In this document: piece by piece, positions 14,685 to 24,114 of the stretch
How positions within the stretch are numbered: position 1 is the stretch's first letter
Layout of the letters: the number at the start of each line of letters is the position of its first letter
Virus genome (UHGV): UHGV-0195171
DNA length: 43,103 nt
DNA from: a virus
Direction: 5' to 3' (one strand)
Made by a program: the position numbers and the translations under genes
Notes under the pieces: generated by a model
What the model was told of the DNA's origin: nothing
Seen by the model: only the letters and a program-made list of their open reading frames with translations
Databases searched by the model: none

Positions 14685-17609
14685 TTATCGTCCCAACATA
14701 AACTGCGAAGGCGGGATAATAAAGTCGTTTCCCTGCTCTTCCTTCACGCGCTGCTGGTAGCGTTGCAAAGAGCCAGGTGACATCCATTCCCGCATCTGGT
14801 TCAGGATCAGGAAGTCCATCACCGGGCGCACCACATGCAGGTTCATGTACGGCGTGTGGTTTATCGCAAAGTTGAAGTAATCAGCGGCTTTTGCATCCCC
14901 CTGTTTCGTCAGTCCAAAAAGATTAACCAGTTGTGCTGCATCTGATGCAAACGGACCAGCCAGCGACGTCGCCGGGGTATTTCCGAACCGGTTGTACTCC
15001 CCAAATAGGAAATCCCCCAGAATACCCAGCCCACCGCCCTGCGCCATGGCTGCTGTCCATGTACTGACATTGTCGGCAGGGCGCGGGGTCTGGCCCCTAA
15101 GCATCAGCTTCGTCTGCATGGAGAGATAACCGAACGCCGTCGCCCACAGGAAAAGCTGAGCAATGCCCATCAGCTCACCGTTTCCATTACGCATCGCCCG
15201 GATCAGAGCGTTATTGCGAAAGGTATTATTCTGGCTTAGTGAACCAAAATCATAACCACGCCCGTAGAGCTCTCGACCGATCGCGTTCTGCATAAAGCTG
15301 GCTGTAAAAGATTTAAACTGCCATGCAAATCGCAGCATTTCGCCATAGGCAGTGCCTCGCTGCATACCCTGCTTCATGATCGACATTGTGCGTGCATCCG
15401 GTTCGTTCAGAGCTACGCCAACGCGATCGAGTATATAACCGCGCACCTTATCGGAGAGAAGCTCGCGAGCGTATTCTACTGAACGATCATTGATTTTTAT
15501 CCCGCGGTTGGTGAGGTAATTCTCTATATCTGTTCGAGGTATATCTGCTACTCCGTCAGGAGTCATGTAGGCGTTACCGTCCGCTGCGTGCAGTTTCATT
15601 TTGCTGAGCGCTGCCCATTCGTTTTCTTCAATGCCATGCATCGATAGAACCCGGCGCAGTTCTTCCGGAACATCACGGAAAGATTTTCCGGCATGCGCCC
15701 CCATCCACTCAGAAACCATCATGCCTGTACTGTAGCGGCTGCTGTTAGTCCACCAGCTTTGCAGGTTCAGCCGGAAATAATTTCGCATTGCTCTGTTAAC
15801 TCTACCGGGCATCGAATTGTCAGCACTGAAGCGATAGATTAGCTCATCTTTCATCGCATCAGCATGTAACCCGATCGATTTAAGCACCTGCTGACGCTCC
15901 GCATTTTTCCAGCGCGTTAACTGGACTTTATTGGCCGTAGCTTCCCAAATAGAGCCCAACATATTTCGTCCCTGATACCGCATCTCCATAGCTTGGGTAG
16001 CGATATCATTGAATGATGAAATCATTGAGCCGCCGAGCTTCATCATGGTTTCTATCGCGCGGGTTGTTGCTGCGACCCTGGCGAGCGCGGCATTACCGGG
16101 AATGTTGGTTTGCCCGGTGATTTCCTTCAACTGACTGGTCAAAGATGTGTTTCGTTTCTGGCGGAATTTATTCAACGCATTATCATCTTTCGCGGCTTTG
16201 TAGCGCTGTTCGATCCGGTCGGCAAGCTCATTAAACATGTTTTCCGGATTGGTACCCATACGCCGCATCAGTCCGGTAGTTTCAGCTGAATGAATAAGAC
16301 CGCTCCCCACGGCTTCACGCAAGTTACCCACGCCAAATTTATCGTTGTAGCGGTACCACGACAGACCGTCTTTGAAATGCAATACGCGTTCCTGGCTCGC
16401 CCGGCGCGCAACGTTGGTGCTACCGCCTTTAAAACCCGTCATCCAGTCCGGGCGGTCAGTACGTAAATGGACGCCGGAAGACAGCCCCACGTAAACGTTA
16501 TGCAAAAAATCGTCGATGACCGCCTGTGATGGCGACAGTCCGCCCGGCGCCGCCGGATCAAAACGCGGGATCCGCCCAGCGACGCTCACCCACTCGCCGC
16601 CGTCATTCCGGAAACCAACGATATCACCGAGATCGATATCCTGCCCGTTAGCCAGCAAATCACCATTGCGGAAATTCGCCCGCACCACCTGCCCGTTACC
16701 GCGCATGAGATCGACATTTTCGCTGACAATACCTTTGATATAAAAACGTCCATCAGCACGCTGCGCCAGCGCTCCCACGTTTTCAGGTTTCAGTGGTTTG
16801 GCCGGGCGGGCACGTCCGTAAATCTGGTCTTCCGTCATCACCGTCGCTTTTCGAACGGTCACGCCGTTTTGACCATTAACGTCCAGACCTTCGAAAGTCC
16901 GAGGGTCAAGCTCCGGAAGGATGGCATCACGCCAGGCCTCAAAGCCTGCGGTTCGAATTTTATGGATATCGTGAGACTGGCGGGCAATATAGCCGGGCAA
17001 TTTGCCTATCGACGCGCCAGCACGGTTTGCATCGATGCGGGCTTTTTCCTGCCACTTCTCCAGCACGCGGGCAATTTTGATTGCGTCTTCCGGGATATGC
17101 CCCACATCAAGGTTGTTACCCAACCGCCACATAGCATCAGCAATATTCTGATCCAGTGAGCCATTAGCAAAAACAGGTAAAACGCCCTGCGCTTCCAGAT
17201 CATTGGCAAGACCGGAAATGTAGTGATCGCGCAGTTGTCGCATGTTATTAAACGCGCTGTCGCGGGAACCGGCCACAGCCTCATTGCGCCCCACCATGAT
17301 AGCGGACAAGGCGAGATCAGGGCGTCCACCGAAGGCATCAATACGCTGAAGGTTCTCATGCATCAGGCGCAGATTGATAACCCGGTTTCGCGCTTCGATG
17401 TGCTTCGCCAGCGCATCATCACGCGCCACTTCATCAGCAGCACGGAGAGCGGCTTCCTCCAAGGATAACCCCTGATTTTCTGCCCGTATACGCGCGACAG
17501 TAGATTCCATACGGGTAACCAGATCCAGCATCTCATCCTCACCGAGCTGGCGCCCGGCCGCCGTGTTTACTGCCTGCTCGCAGGCTGTCAGAAATTCACC
17601 CTGTGCCAT
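14685..17609 (-). CDS. large internal virion / DNA-ejection protein (974 aa)
   Basis: Third of three consecutive very large ORFs between the head/tail-hub genes and the lysis cassette. Coupled ATG/stop overlap with the upstream gene. Confidence 0.55.
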   Translation of the reverse strand: MAQGEFLTACEQAVNTAAGRQLGEDEMLDLVTRMESTVARIRAENQGLSLEEAALRAADEVARDDALAKHIEARNRVINLRLMHENLQRIDAFGGRPDLALSAIMVGRNEAVAGSRDSAFNNMRQLRDHYISGLANDLEAQGVLPVFANGSLDQNIADAMWRLGNNLDVGHIPEDAIKIARVLEKWQEKARIDANRAGASIGKLPGYIARQSHDIHKIRTAGFEAWRDAILPELDPRTFEGLDVNGQNGVTVRKATVMTEDQIYGRARPAKPLKPENVGALAQRADGRFYIKGIVSENVDLMRGNGQVVRANFRNGDLLANGQDIDLGDIVGFRNDGGEWVSVAGRIPRFDPAAPGGLSPSQAVIDDFLHNVYVGLSSGVHLRTDRPDWMTGFKGGSTNVARRASQERVLHFKDGLSWYRYNDKFGVGNLREAVGSGLIHSAETTGLMRRMGTNPENMFNELADRIEQRYKAAKDDNALNKFRQKRNTSLTSQLKEITGQTNIPGNAALARVAATTRAIETMMKLGGSMISSFNDIATQAMEMRYQGRNMLGSIWEATANKVQLTRWKNAERQQVLKSIGLHADAMKDELIYRFSADNSMPGRVNRAMRNYFRLNLQSWWTNSSRYSTGMMVSEWMGAHAGKSFRDVPEELRRVLSMHGIEENEWAALSKMKLHAADGNAYMTPDGVADIPRTDIENYLTNRGIKINDRSVEYARELLSDKVRGYILDRVGVALNEPDARTMSIMKQGMQRGTAYGEMLRFAWQFKSFTASFMQNAIGRELYGRGYDFGSLSQNNTFRNNALIRAMRNGNGELMGIAQLFLWATAFGYLSMQTKLMLRGQTPRPADNVSTWTAAMAQGGGLGILGDFLFGEYNRFGNTPATSLAGPFASDAAQLVNLFGLTKQGDAKAADYFNFAINHTPYMNLHVVRPVMDFLILNQMREWMSPGSLQRYQQRVKEEQGNDFIIPPSQFMLGR

Positions 17610-19315
17610 TAGATGGCTCTCCTCAACATACAGGCAGCAAATGCGCGTGCAGCCTGAGCAAAACTCATATCCCCGGCCCCAGCCTGAATTTCGGCAAGGT
17701 GGGCGTTTATTTCTGCCTGATTTTCCAGCCCATTAAAATGCGCCTGGGCCAGTTCCATTTCAGACTGCAGGTCTTCCTGCGCTGCCCGCAGTTCGTCGTC
17801 TCCGCGCTGCTGGATGGTTTGTTCTGCATCTGTGCTGGCTGCACGTGCGGCCGCATCAGAATGCCGCTGGTTATCAGCCTGCATCTTCAGGCGATTCAGT
17901 GCAGCGCTACGTTCTGCCGGATCTGCAAGACGGAAAAAATCCTCAATATCAGGATTGTAACCGTCTACTGCCTGGCGAATCGCAGACCTCAGTGCATTCT
18001 GGCGAACAAAGATATTCGCATCGCTGAAACGCTCAGACGCGGTTCTTACACCGCCAGCCAGCGGAGAAACCTGCAACCCTTGTTTGATTTGCCCGGCCCT
18101 AGCTTCAATCAGACTTGCAAGATCATCCGGAATTTCCCCACGCTCAAGCTGGCGTAATTTGCCGCGTGAGATTTCTGCGTCCCGGTTGGCAGAAATTTCT
18201 TCGCGTAACCGTGATGTCGATTCCTCAGTGTTCTGGCGGATTTGCTCAATATCTTTTCGCGCACGGGCTTCCGCCTGTTTTCGGCTCATGCGCTGGCCCT
18301 GATACTGTTTTGCCAGGTCACGGAATTGCTGATCTGACTGCTGCAATGAGACTTCATTTTCGGCAATCTGCCGGTTGATGTCGGCAATGCGGGGCGACTG
18401 TCCGCCAAGCTGCCCGGAGAGAGAATCACGATAGGGCTGAATAGTTTCGTTCCATGCACGCTGCCAAGCATAATCATCAAGGCCAGTGTTAATGGTTCGG
18501 GCCAGGTCAGTCTGTGCGTCGGCAAAACTGTCACGCAATACAGGGGTGTTGTCCGGGGTGAGCCCAGCGGCATTAACGATATCCGCCTGCCCTGCTGGCG
18601 CAGCGTCAGAAACCGCCTGCGGGTTATCCTGCTGTAAACGCTGCTGACGCCTGGCGGCTATTGAATCACGAATGGCACCGCCAAAGGCATGCAATCCACC
18701 GCCGGCTATCGTGTTCATGAAGAAATTTTCCACTGCCTGGCCGAGGGTGTAATCATCACCTTCAGACGCTGATGCCAGGGTATTAATAGGTTCAGCAACC
18801 AGAGACTGGACGGCACCGGCGCTGGCACCCTGTACAAATCGCTGTGCAAATCGACCTGCAACGCTGGCCGCTCTCACCTCCCCAAGACCTGGAACAAACC
18901 CCAGAGCAAGGTTACCTGGGTCCGTCATTGCGCCAGCCAGCCCCGCGGTAAAAATAAGAGGTGTTGCTACGCCGGAAGGCGCGGACTGCAATATTGCTCG
19001 CCGCTCCTGTGTCGCCCGGCTTGTCTCGGTTACATGGTCCAGATACGCTTGTGTTACACCCTGTTCGGGTACTTTGATATTTTTGATGCCCAGAGAGTCA
19101 AACTTTTGCTGAGCCGTCTGCTGATCTACTAAAGGAGATGTAGGATCATTAGCATAGGCCTCGGATTCAAAAAACCGACTTCCAGCGTTGGCTGGTCCTG
19201 AGCGCATTCCTTCAGAAAAAGCAGCCCCCAAAGCCTGACCAAATCCGCTTTCAAAGTTACTACCTGGCTGCTGCAGGCCTGAACCTGCGTCACCATCATC
19301 AACGAATATTGGCAT
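17609..19315 (-). CDS. internal virion / ejection protein (568 aa; Ala/Gln-rich)
   Basis: Position in the structural module and composition. Confidence 0.5.
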   Translation of the reverse strand: MPIFVDDGDAGSGLQQPGSNFESGFGQALGAAFSEGMRSGPANAGSRFFESEAYANDPTSPLVDQQTAQQKFDSLGIKNIKVPEQGVTQAYLDHVTETSRATQERRAILQSAPSGVATPLIFTAGLAGAMTDPGNLALGFVPGLGEVRAASVAGRFAQRFVQGASAGAVQSLVAEPINTLASASEGDDYTLGQAVENFFMNTIAGGGLHAFGGAIRDSIAARRQQRLQQDNPQAVSDAAPAGQADIVNAAGLTPDNTPVLRDSFADAQTDLARTINTGLDDYAWQRAWNETIQPYRDSLSGQLGGQSPRIADINRQIAENEVSLQQSDQQFRDLAKQYQGQRMSRKQAEARARKDIEQIRQNTEESTSRLREEISANRDAEISRGKLRQLERGEIPDDLASLIEARAGQIKQGLQVSPLAGGVRTASERFSDANIFVRQNALRSAIRQAVDGYNPDIEDFFRLADPAERSAALNRLKMQADNQRHSDAAARAASTDAEQTIQQRGDDELRAAQEDLQSEMELAQAHFNGLENQAEINAHLAEIQAGAGDMSFAQAARAFAACMLRRAI

Positions 19316-22013
19316 TGGTGTCCCTCATTCCTTCAGAAAAGGATGGGCCGCTTTGCGACTGGCCGCCGTACGTTTCACGTAATCCCTGAAGTTTCTGCGC
19401 GCGCGCATCTCGTTCAGTTCCTGGTGTATACGGCGTCTCCTGGGATGCGAATTTTTTAACGCTCTGCCACCAGGAGGGATCAGCTTTCGCCATTTTGTCG
19501 AGATCGGCAAAGCTGACGGTAACCGGATTGCCGTCGGCATCATTCTGTACGTTGTTTCCAAGGTAAAGCACCAGCCCGGAATCATCGGAATTATTCACCC
19601 AGTGAGCGTTATTTTTCACCTCGTAAAGCGTCTGCGATTTGGTGAATTCGTCAGGCGTTTTACTACCAAAATTAAGAGGCTGAAGCTGATCGGCTGTCAG
19701 TTTGTCTTTAAACAGACTAGCGCCGCGGGCAATATAATCAGGCTGATAGCCAAGATACGTTGGAACGCGATACGTATCGTTGACAGTGTATTGACTAGTG
19801 AACATATCGGCAGCGGCCTGCTTTGCCGCAGCGCCGGCATCCATTCCACGCAACACGTTGATCATCGTCAGCCGCTGACCCTGTTCGTCCAGTGTGGACC
19901 AGCTTCCTGCACCGCCTGGCTGCACAAGCATAGTTTGCCGGAAATCTGCAGACGCATCTGCCCATTCTTGCGCTACTGAGGTATCCGACCCTTTCCCATT
20001 TTTCGCAATCACGGACTCCTTCAGGCTTGCCGTTGGCGTGTTTCTTTCCTGCCACAACGGTACACTTGCCCGCGGATTTCCAGCTGATAATGCACCAACC
20101 AGAGGACCATTTTTACTTTGCCCCATAATCTGTCGGCCAACCGCCTGCGAATATGGCCCAAACGCGTTCAGCTGCTGCCTGATGGATTCAACCGTTGTTT
20201 CTTTGTTGTTGTTAAATCCTTCAGCCATAGCCTGCGCTATCGAGTCAGGCAGCACCTTCTGACTGCTGATACCGAATCGGCTTTTCTCTGACTGCACCGA
20301 AGCAATAAATGACTGTGCCATAGTAGGATCGGCGGGGTTTTGTTGCCATGAGTTATATGCCTGCTGCACAAGTGGCGAGTTTTTCATAAACCACGCGCCG
20401 GGATCACTTTTGCGCTGTTGAGTTACCTGCTGCAACTGGGCGGAAGCTTTCTGGTACAAAGACATCTTACGATCAAAATCCGGGTCGTTGGGTTGCGGGT
20501 ATAGCGCCTGAACACTCTGCTGCGCCATCGCGACAGGCTGCGTCATTATCGTGTTATAGGTTGGCACCAGCGCTTTTGTCGCTTCATATTCATCATACTG
20601 GCGGTTGAATTGCTCAAGTTGTGGTGCAGTTGCCCCCTGCGGCAGATAGGAGAGATATTCCTGGCGAGTGACGTCACGCGTGGGCATGATCCCATTCTGC
20701 ATCTGAGCCATGTTGTTTTGCATGGTGTCCTGCAGGTTCTGCATGCCGTACGCGCGTTGGCGGTTTACCTCAGATGCCATTTGTCCAATGAGCGCGCTTT
20801 TTTGTTCCGGGCTGGCAGTCTGATACCATGGCATAGAGGTTATTTGTTGCAGGTCATTCTGCGGTGTCAGTATTTGAGCGCGGCTTAATACGCCCATCGT
20901 GTAATCCCTGGTCTCGTTGAATGGGATACCTGCAATAAACTGATCGTTAGAAATTTCACCTTTATTGGGATTTCCCAGGCGAACAAGACTATTATTTTTA
21001 CCTGTTTTGTTAGTTCCGTTAATCCAGTCATCAACAGCACCAGGGCCCGCGTTATATGCAGCGACAGTTAGAGCCTGATTACCACCATATTTTTGTGTCA
21101 AGTCCTGGTGATACAATTGTCCCAGATTCATGTTATAGCTGGCATCATTCATAAACCTCTGCGGATCCCATGCAATACCATGCTTTCTGGCTACTTCTTC
21201 TGCCGTGGATGGAAGCATCTGTGCAACACCCATGGCGCCAGCAGACGACGTAAGCGTCTTCCCGTTGCCATCAAACTGCTGCCCCTTTGATTCAAAGTAG
21301 GTCATCGAAGACCAGACACTCCCTGGAGTAATGTTTCCTGGCGTGAAGGTAGCTGGGTTTGCTAATTGCTGAGCACGCTGATCTGCTGCAAATGACTGAA
21401 TTGCATTGCTGGACATCTGCTGCTCAGTTTTACGAATTTCACCATCTATCAGCTCCTGCGACCAACCGTTAGATTGCCCATAAGAAGTGATGTTATCTTT
21501 CATTCTGGCTAGGGTTAATTGATAGTTTGGCGTATCAGCACGGAACGTCTGGGCATCTGCGATAGCCATTTCCCGGTTACCTTCGTACTGCCCACGCTTG
21601 AATGCCTGGTGCTGGTCAAGCTCATGTGTGTCGGTTGTGCTCTGGAGTTGAAGGCGAGTGATGGCAGCCTGTCTGTCCCACTCCTCCATACGGGACTGAG
21701 GGATATTTTGCCTGAGGGTGGCGGCGTAATCGTCAAACTGGGAAAGTGCTTGATCAGATGATCCATCGGCATTAATCCCCAATTTCTTTTGTTGTTCTTC
21801 TGCAAGGTTGTAACGGCTATACGTAAGCTTCAGGAGATTATCCTGTACAGAAGTATCATCCAGATGGGACTGGATTGATACCGCAGCTCTCGACGCTGCG
21901 TCGGACCCTTCGTCTAAAAACTGCTGATCAGTAGTAGAGTTGGGGAGGTTAACAGGACCCGCTCCGAGGCCCTGAGTCGTCACCTGACGGTTGTAAAAAG
22001 GAAGTTGTGGCAT
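19299..22013 (-). CDS. internal virion protein with a lytic transglycosylase (SLT) domain (904 aa)
   Basis: The central segment GVAQMLPSTAEEVARKHGIAWDPQRFMNDASYNMNLGQLYHQDLTQKYGGNQALTVAAYNAGPGAVDDW is a typical SLT-domain signature. Confidence 0.7.
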   Translation of the reverse strand: MPQLPFYNRQVTTQGLGAGPVNLPNSTTDQQFLDEGSDAASRAAVSIQSHLDDTSVQDNLLKLTYSRYNLAEEQQKKLGINADGSSDQALSQFDDYAATLRQNIPQSRMEEWDRQAAITRLQLQSTTDTHELDQHQAFKRGQYEGNREMAIADAQTFRADTPNYQLTLARMKDNITSYGQSNGWSQELIDGEIRKTEQQMSSNAIQSFAADQRAQQLANPATFTPGNITPGSVWSSMTYFESKGQQFDGNGKTLTSSAGAMGVAQMLPSTAEEVARKHGIAWDPQRFMNDASYNMNLGQLYHQDLTQKYGGNQALTVAAYNAGPGAVDDWINGTNKTGKNNSLVRLGNPNKGEISNDQFIAGIPFNETRDYTMGVLSRAQILTPQNDLQQITSMPWYQTASPEQKSALIGQMASEVNRQRAYGMQNLQDTMQNNMAQMQNGIMPTRDVTRQEYLSYLPQGATAPQLEQFNRQYDEYEATKALVPTYNTIMTQPVAMAQQSVQALYPQPNDPDFDRKMSLYQKASAQLQQVTQQRKSDPGAWFMKNSPLVQQAYNSWQQNPADPTMAQSFIASVQSEKSRFGISSQKVLPDSIAQAMAEGFNNNKETTVESIRQQLNAFGPYSQAVGRQIMGQSKNGPLVGALSAGNPRASVPLWQERNTPTASLKESVIAKNGKGSDTSVAQEWADASADFRQTMLVQPGGAGSWSTLDEQGQRLTMINVLRGMDAGAAAKQAAADMFTSQYTVNDTYRVPTYLGYQPDYIARGASLFKDKLTADQLQPLNFGSKTPDEFTKSQTLYEVKNNAHWVNNSDDSGLVLYLGNNVQNDADGNPVTVSFADLDKMAKADPSWWQSVKKFASQETPYTPGTERDARAQKLQGLRETYGGQSQSGPSFSEGMRDTNANIR

Positions 22014-22385
22014 TTACGCTTCCTCTGGTTTTGTTTCAGTAAGCATAGTTGCGCCCATGTAATTTAATGAGCCGGGGGCTGCCCCATGTTCCTGCTGGAG
22101 CAGAGAATTACGTGTAGCAAGAAAATCCTTTGTCGCTTCTTCTGCTACCGGCGCGGTGGCTAGCAGTTTTTCCAAATCTTCCTGCTGCGCCTTCATTTCT
22201 TTCTGCTTTTCAATGCCCGCGTAGACATCCTTTAACGCTATATCAAGCAGGCTACGCACCAGTTCGGGGATAGACGGCGCAGCGCCGTAAGGAGAACGCG
22301 CCCGCTCTTCACTCTGGATAATTTCCAGTGCTTCGCGTTGTGCGTAGGTTAAAAGGATCGGTTTGGTTTTGGTCAGCTGATTCAT
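22014..22385 (-). CDS. hypothetical virion-module protein (123 aa)
   Basis: ORF with an AGGAGGAAAGACCATG initiation region. Its SD lies inside a perfect 11-bp hairpin. Confidence 0.55.
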   Translation of the reverse strand: MNQLTKTKPILLTYAQREALEIIQSEERARSPYGAAPSIPELVRSLLDIALKDVYAGIEKQKEMKAQQEDLEKLLATAPVAEEATKDFLATRNSLLQQEHGAAPGSLNYMGATMLTETKPEEA

Positions 22386-22388
22386 GGT

Positions 22389-22419
22389 CTTTCCTCCTGT
22401 TTGGGTTTCAGGAGGAAAG
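22389..22419 (-). promoter_or_regulatory. SD-sequestering hairpin upstream of the 123-aa gene
   Basis: The minus-strand mRNA reads CTTTCCTCCTG-aaacccaaa-CAGGAGGAAAG-acc-ATG: a perfect 11-bp inverted repeat whose 3' arm is the SD. Confidence 0.5.
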
Positions 22420-22496
22420 TACGTTGGGCGCTATTTACTGGGCAAATTTATTTCGTTTGGCTTTGGCTTGCGTGCTCAACTGGGCGAAACAGGTTG

Positions 22497-22994
22497 CTAT
22501 GTCTTCTTCCCGTACTTCGCCCCGAGAAACGTTGACGCCACTGATGTACCTGCTCCCAAATAGCCCAGTAAGCCTGGTCGTGCAGCTTTAGACTGCTGAC
22601 GCATGGCACTGGCCTGATTATTCAGGGCATCAGACTGGAGAATTCCTTCGTTAGCAACGGCGTTTGCATCCTCCTGGATGTTGAGCGCGGTCTGCCGGCG
22701 CAGCAGCGCATTCGTGCCACCAAAGCCGGTACCACTTGCAGCAATACGCGCATCCTGATCTCCCTGGAACTGGGCACCACGACGGCGAATAAGCGCCGAT
22801 TGCTGCCCGGCATTTAAAACCGCCTGGTTCGCCTGCTGGTCGAGCAGCTGCGCGTTGGTGTTCAGGTTACTGGATTGCTGACGCGTGCTACTTAATGATG
22901 AGAATGCATTTAACGCAGAGCTTGAGGTTTGCGTTATTGGTACTGCATTATTTTTGAAACTGTCGCCGACCGTCTGCCAGTTTACAGAATCCAT
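22497..22994 (-). CDS. hypothetical virion protein (165 aa; Ala/Gln/Asn-rich)
   Basis: ORF in the structural module. Confidence 0.5.
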   Translation of the reverse strand: MDSVNWQTVGDSFKNNAVPITQTSSSALNAFSSLSSTRQQSSNLNTNAQLLDQQANQAVLNAGQQSALIRRRGAQFQGDQDARIAASGTGFGGTNALLRRQTALNIQEDANAVANEGILQSDALNNQASAMRQQSKAARPGLLGYLGAGTSVASTFLGAKYGKKT

Positions 22995-22997
22995 AGA

Positions 22998-23429
22998 TCA
23001 CCTCGTTATCGCCCACAGGGAAGAATCCTCTCCCCTGTGGTTAAATTTATTCAGATGCCCCTCACATCGCATACCCAGCATCGCCAGCATTCTTTCGCCT
23101 TCCGGGAATGTGGTGCTGGCCTCGATGCGGTGATAGTTCGCCAGCGCCCGGCGTAATTCCCGGCGCGTTGCCCTGAATATCTCCGGCCAGAGGTGAGTAA
23201 TCCCGGCCGAAATCATCATCCAGGCGTACCCTATGCCGGAGTCAAATACCAGTCCGTACTTTTCCGCGGGTACGATGCCGCCTATAGCCACAGGCTGGCC
23301 ATTGTGCAGACAGGTAAACGCGCCGACACTGGCAATGTTCCCGGCGTGCTGTTCAGTCCTGATACTGCCGATCTGATGTGGTTGCGGCGTAATGGCTACC
23401 AGGTGCCAGGGCTCAAACGGAACGATCAT
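22998..23429 (-). CDS. hypothetical virion protein (143 aa)
   Basis: ORF tightly packed in the structural module. Confidence 0.5.
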   Translation of the reverse strand: MIVPFEPWHLVAITPQPHQIGSIRTEQHAGNIASVGAFTCLHNGQPVAIGGIVPAEKYGLVFDSGIGYAWMMISAGITHLWPEIFRATRRELRRALANYHRIEASTTFPEGERMLAMLGMRCEGHLNKFNHRGEDSSLWAITR

Positions 23430-23716
23430 CAGCCACCCAGCAGCGTCTTCTGGCCTGAAGTATTAGCAGCGGTTCCCGAAGCTCCCGTTACGTTGCTTTG
23501 GTTCCCCTGCCGCTGCCGGCGGCGCAGCAGGTCATCGGATTCAGCAACTGAAGCATCCTGCGTAACCTGCGCCGATGGCTTTATGACGCTTCCTTTTTTA
23601 TTTGCGCTGGAGATGGCTGAATAAGTTCCTGCACCAGCCGACAGAACAGCGGCACCAGCAGCCCATGATGCCGGGTCAGTTTCCAGTGTGAATTTGCGTT
23701 TAAACAGCATGATCAC
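23429..23716 (-). CDS. hypothetical virion protein (95 aa)
   Basis: ORF in the structural module with start/stop overlap. Confidence 0.45.
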   Translation of the reverse strand: MIMLFKRKFTLETDPASWAAGAAVLSAGAGTYSAISSANKKGSVIKPSAQVTQDASVAESDDLLRRRQRQGNQSNVTGASGTAANTSGQKTLLGG

Positions 23717-24114
23717 CTCACGATTGAAAATAATCTGGCGTCACAGCCAGGCTGATAATTGCGGATAATAGCGTCCTGCTGGTAACTGAGCATTTTTGCA
23801 ACGCGGGCAGACAGGTTATCGGCGCAGATGCATTCCACTCGATAATTTTCGGATAACGCTATTTCGGTAAACCGCAGTGCAGCACGGAAAATATGAACAG
23901 GGAACTGTTCTGCATCTGGTACGGTATGTAACCAGAGTCTGACCCGGCCCGGGGCTAACTGAATGGCGCCACCAGCGGCAAGTGTTTTTTCCCCGTATTC
24001 CATCGCAAACGATGGGAAAGATACCAGCGACGCAACAGCCTCCGGCGATAATGAGTCCGGGAATATTTCATTAAGGTGGAACTCCTCAAGATGGACGATT
24101 ACAGGCTCAGTCAT
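23713..24114 (-). CDS. hypothetical virion protein (133 aa)
   Basis: ORF in the structural module with start/stop overlap. Confidence 0.5.
   Translation of the reverse strand: MTEPVIVHLEEFHLNEIFPDSLSPEAVASLVSFPSFAMEYGEKTLAAGGAIQLAPGRVRLWLHTVPDAEQFPVHIFRAALRFTEIALSENYRVECICADNLSARVAKMLSYQQDAIIRNYQPGCDARLFSIVR

Noticed and set aside
14685-22013. Tape-measure protein among the three giant ORFs
   Set aside because: None shows the repetitive coiled-coil, Ala/Gly periodicity of tape-measure proteins. One carries an SLT domain and the block is followed by lysis genes and a tailspike, which fits podovirus ejection proteins.
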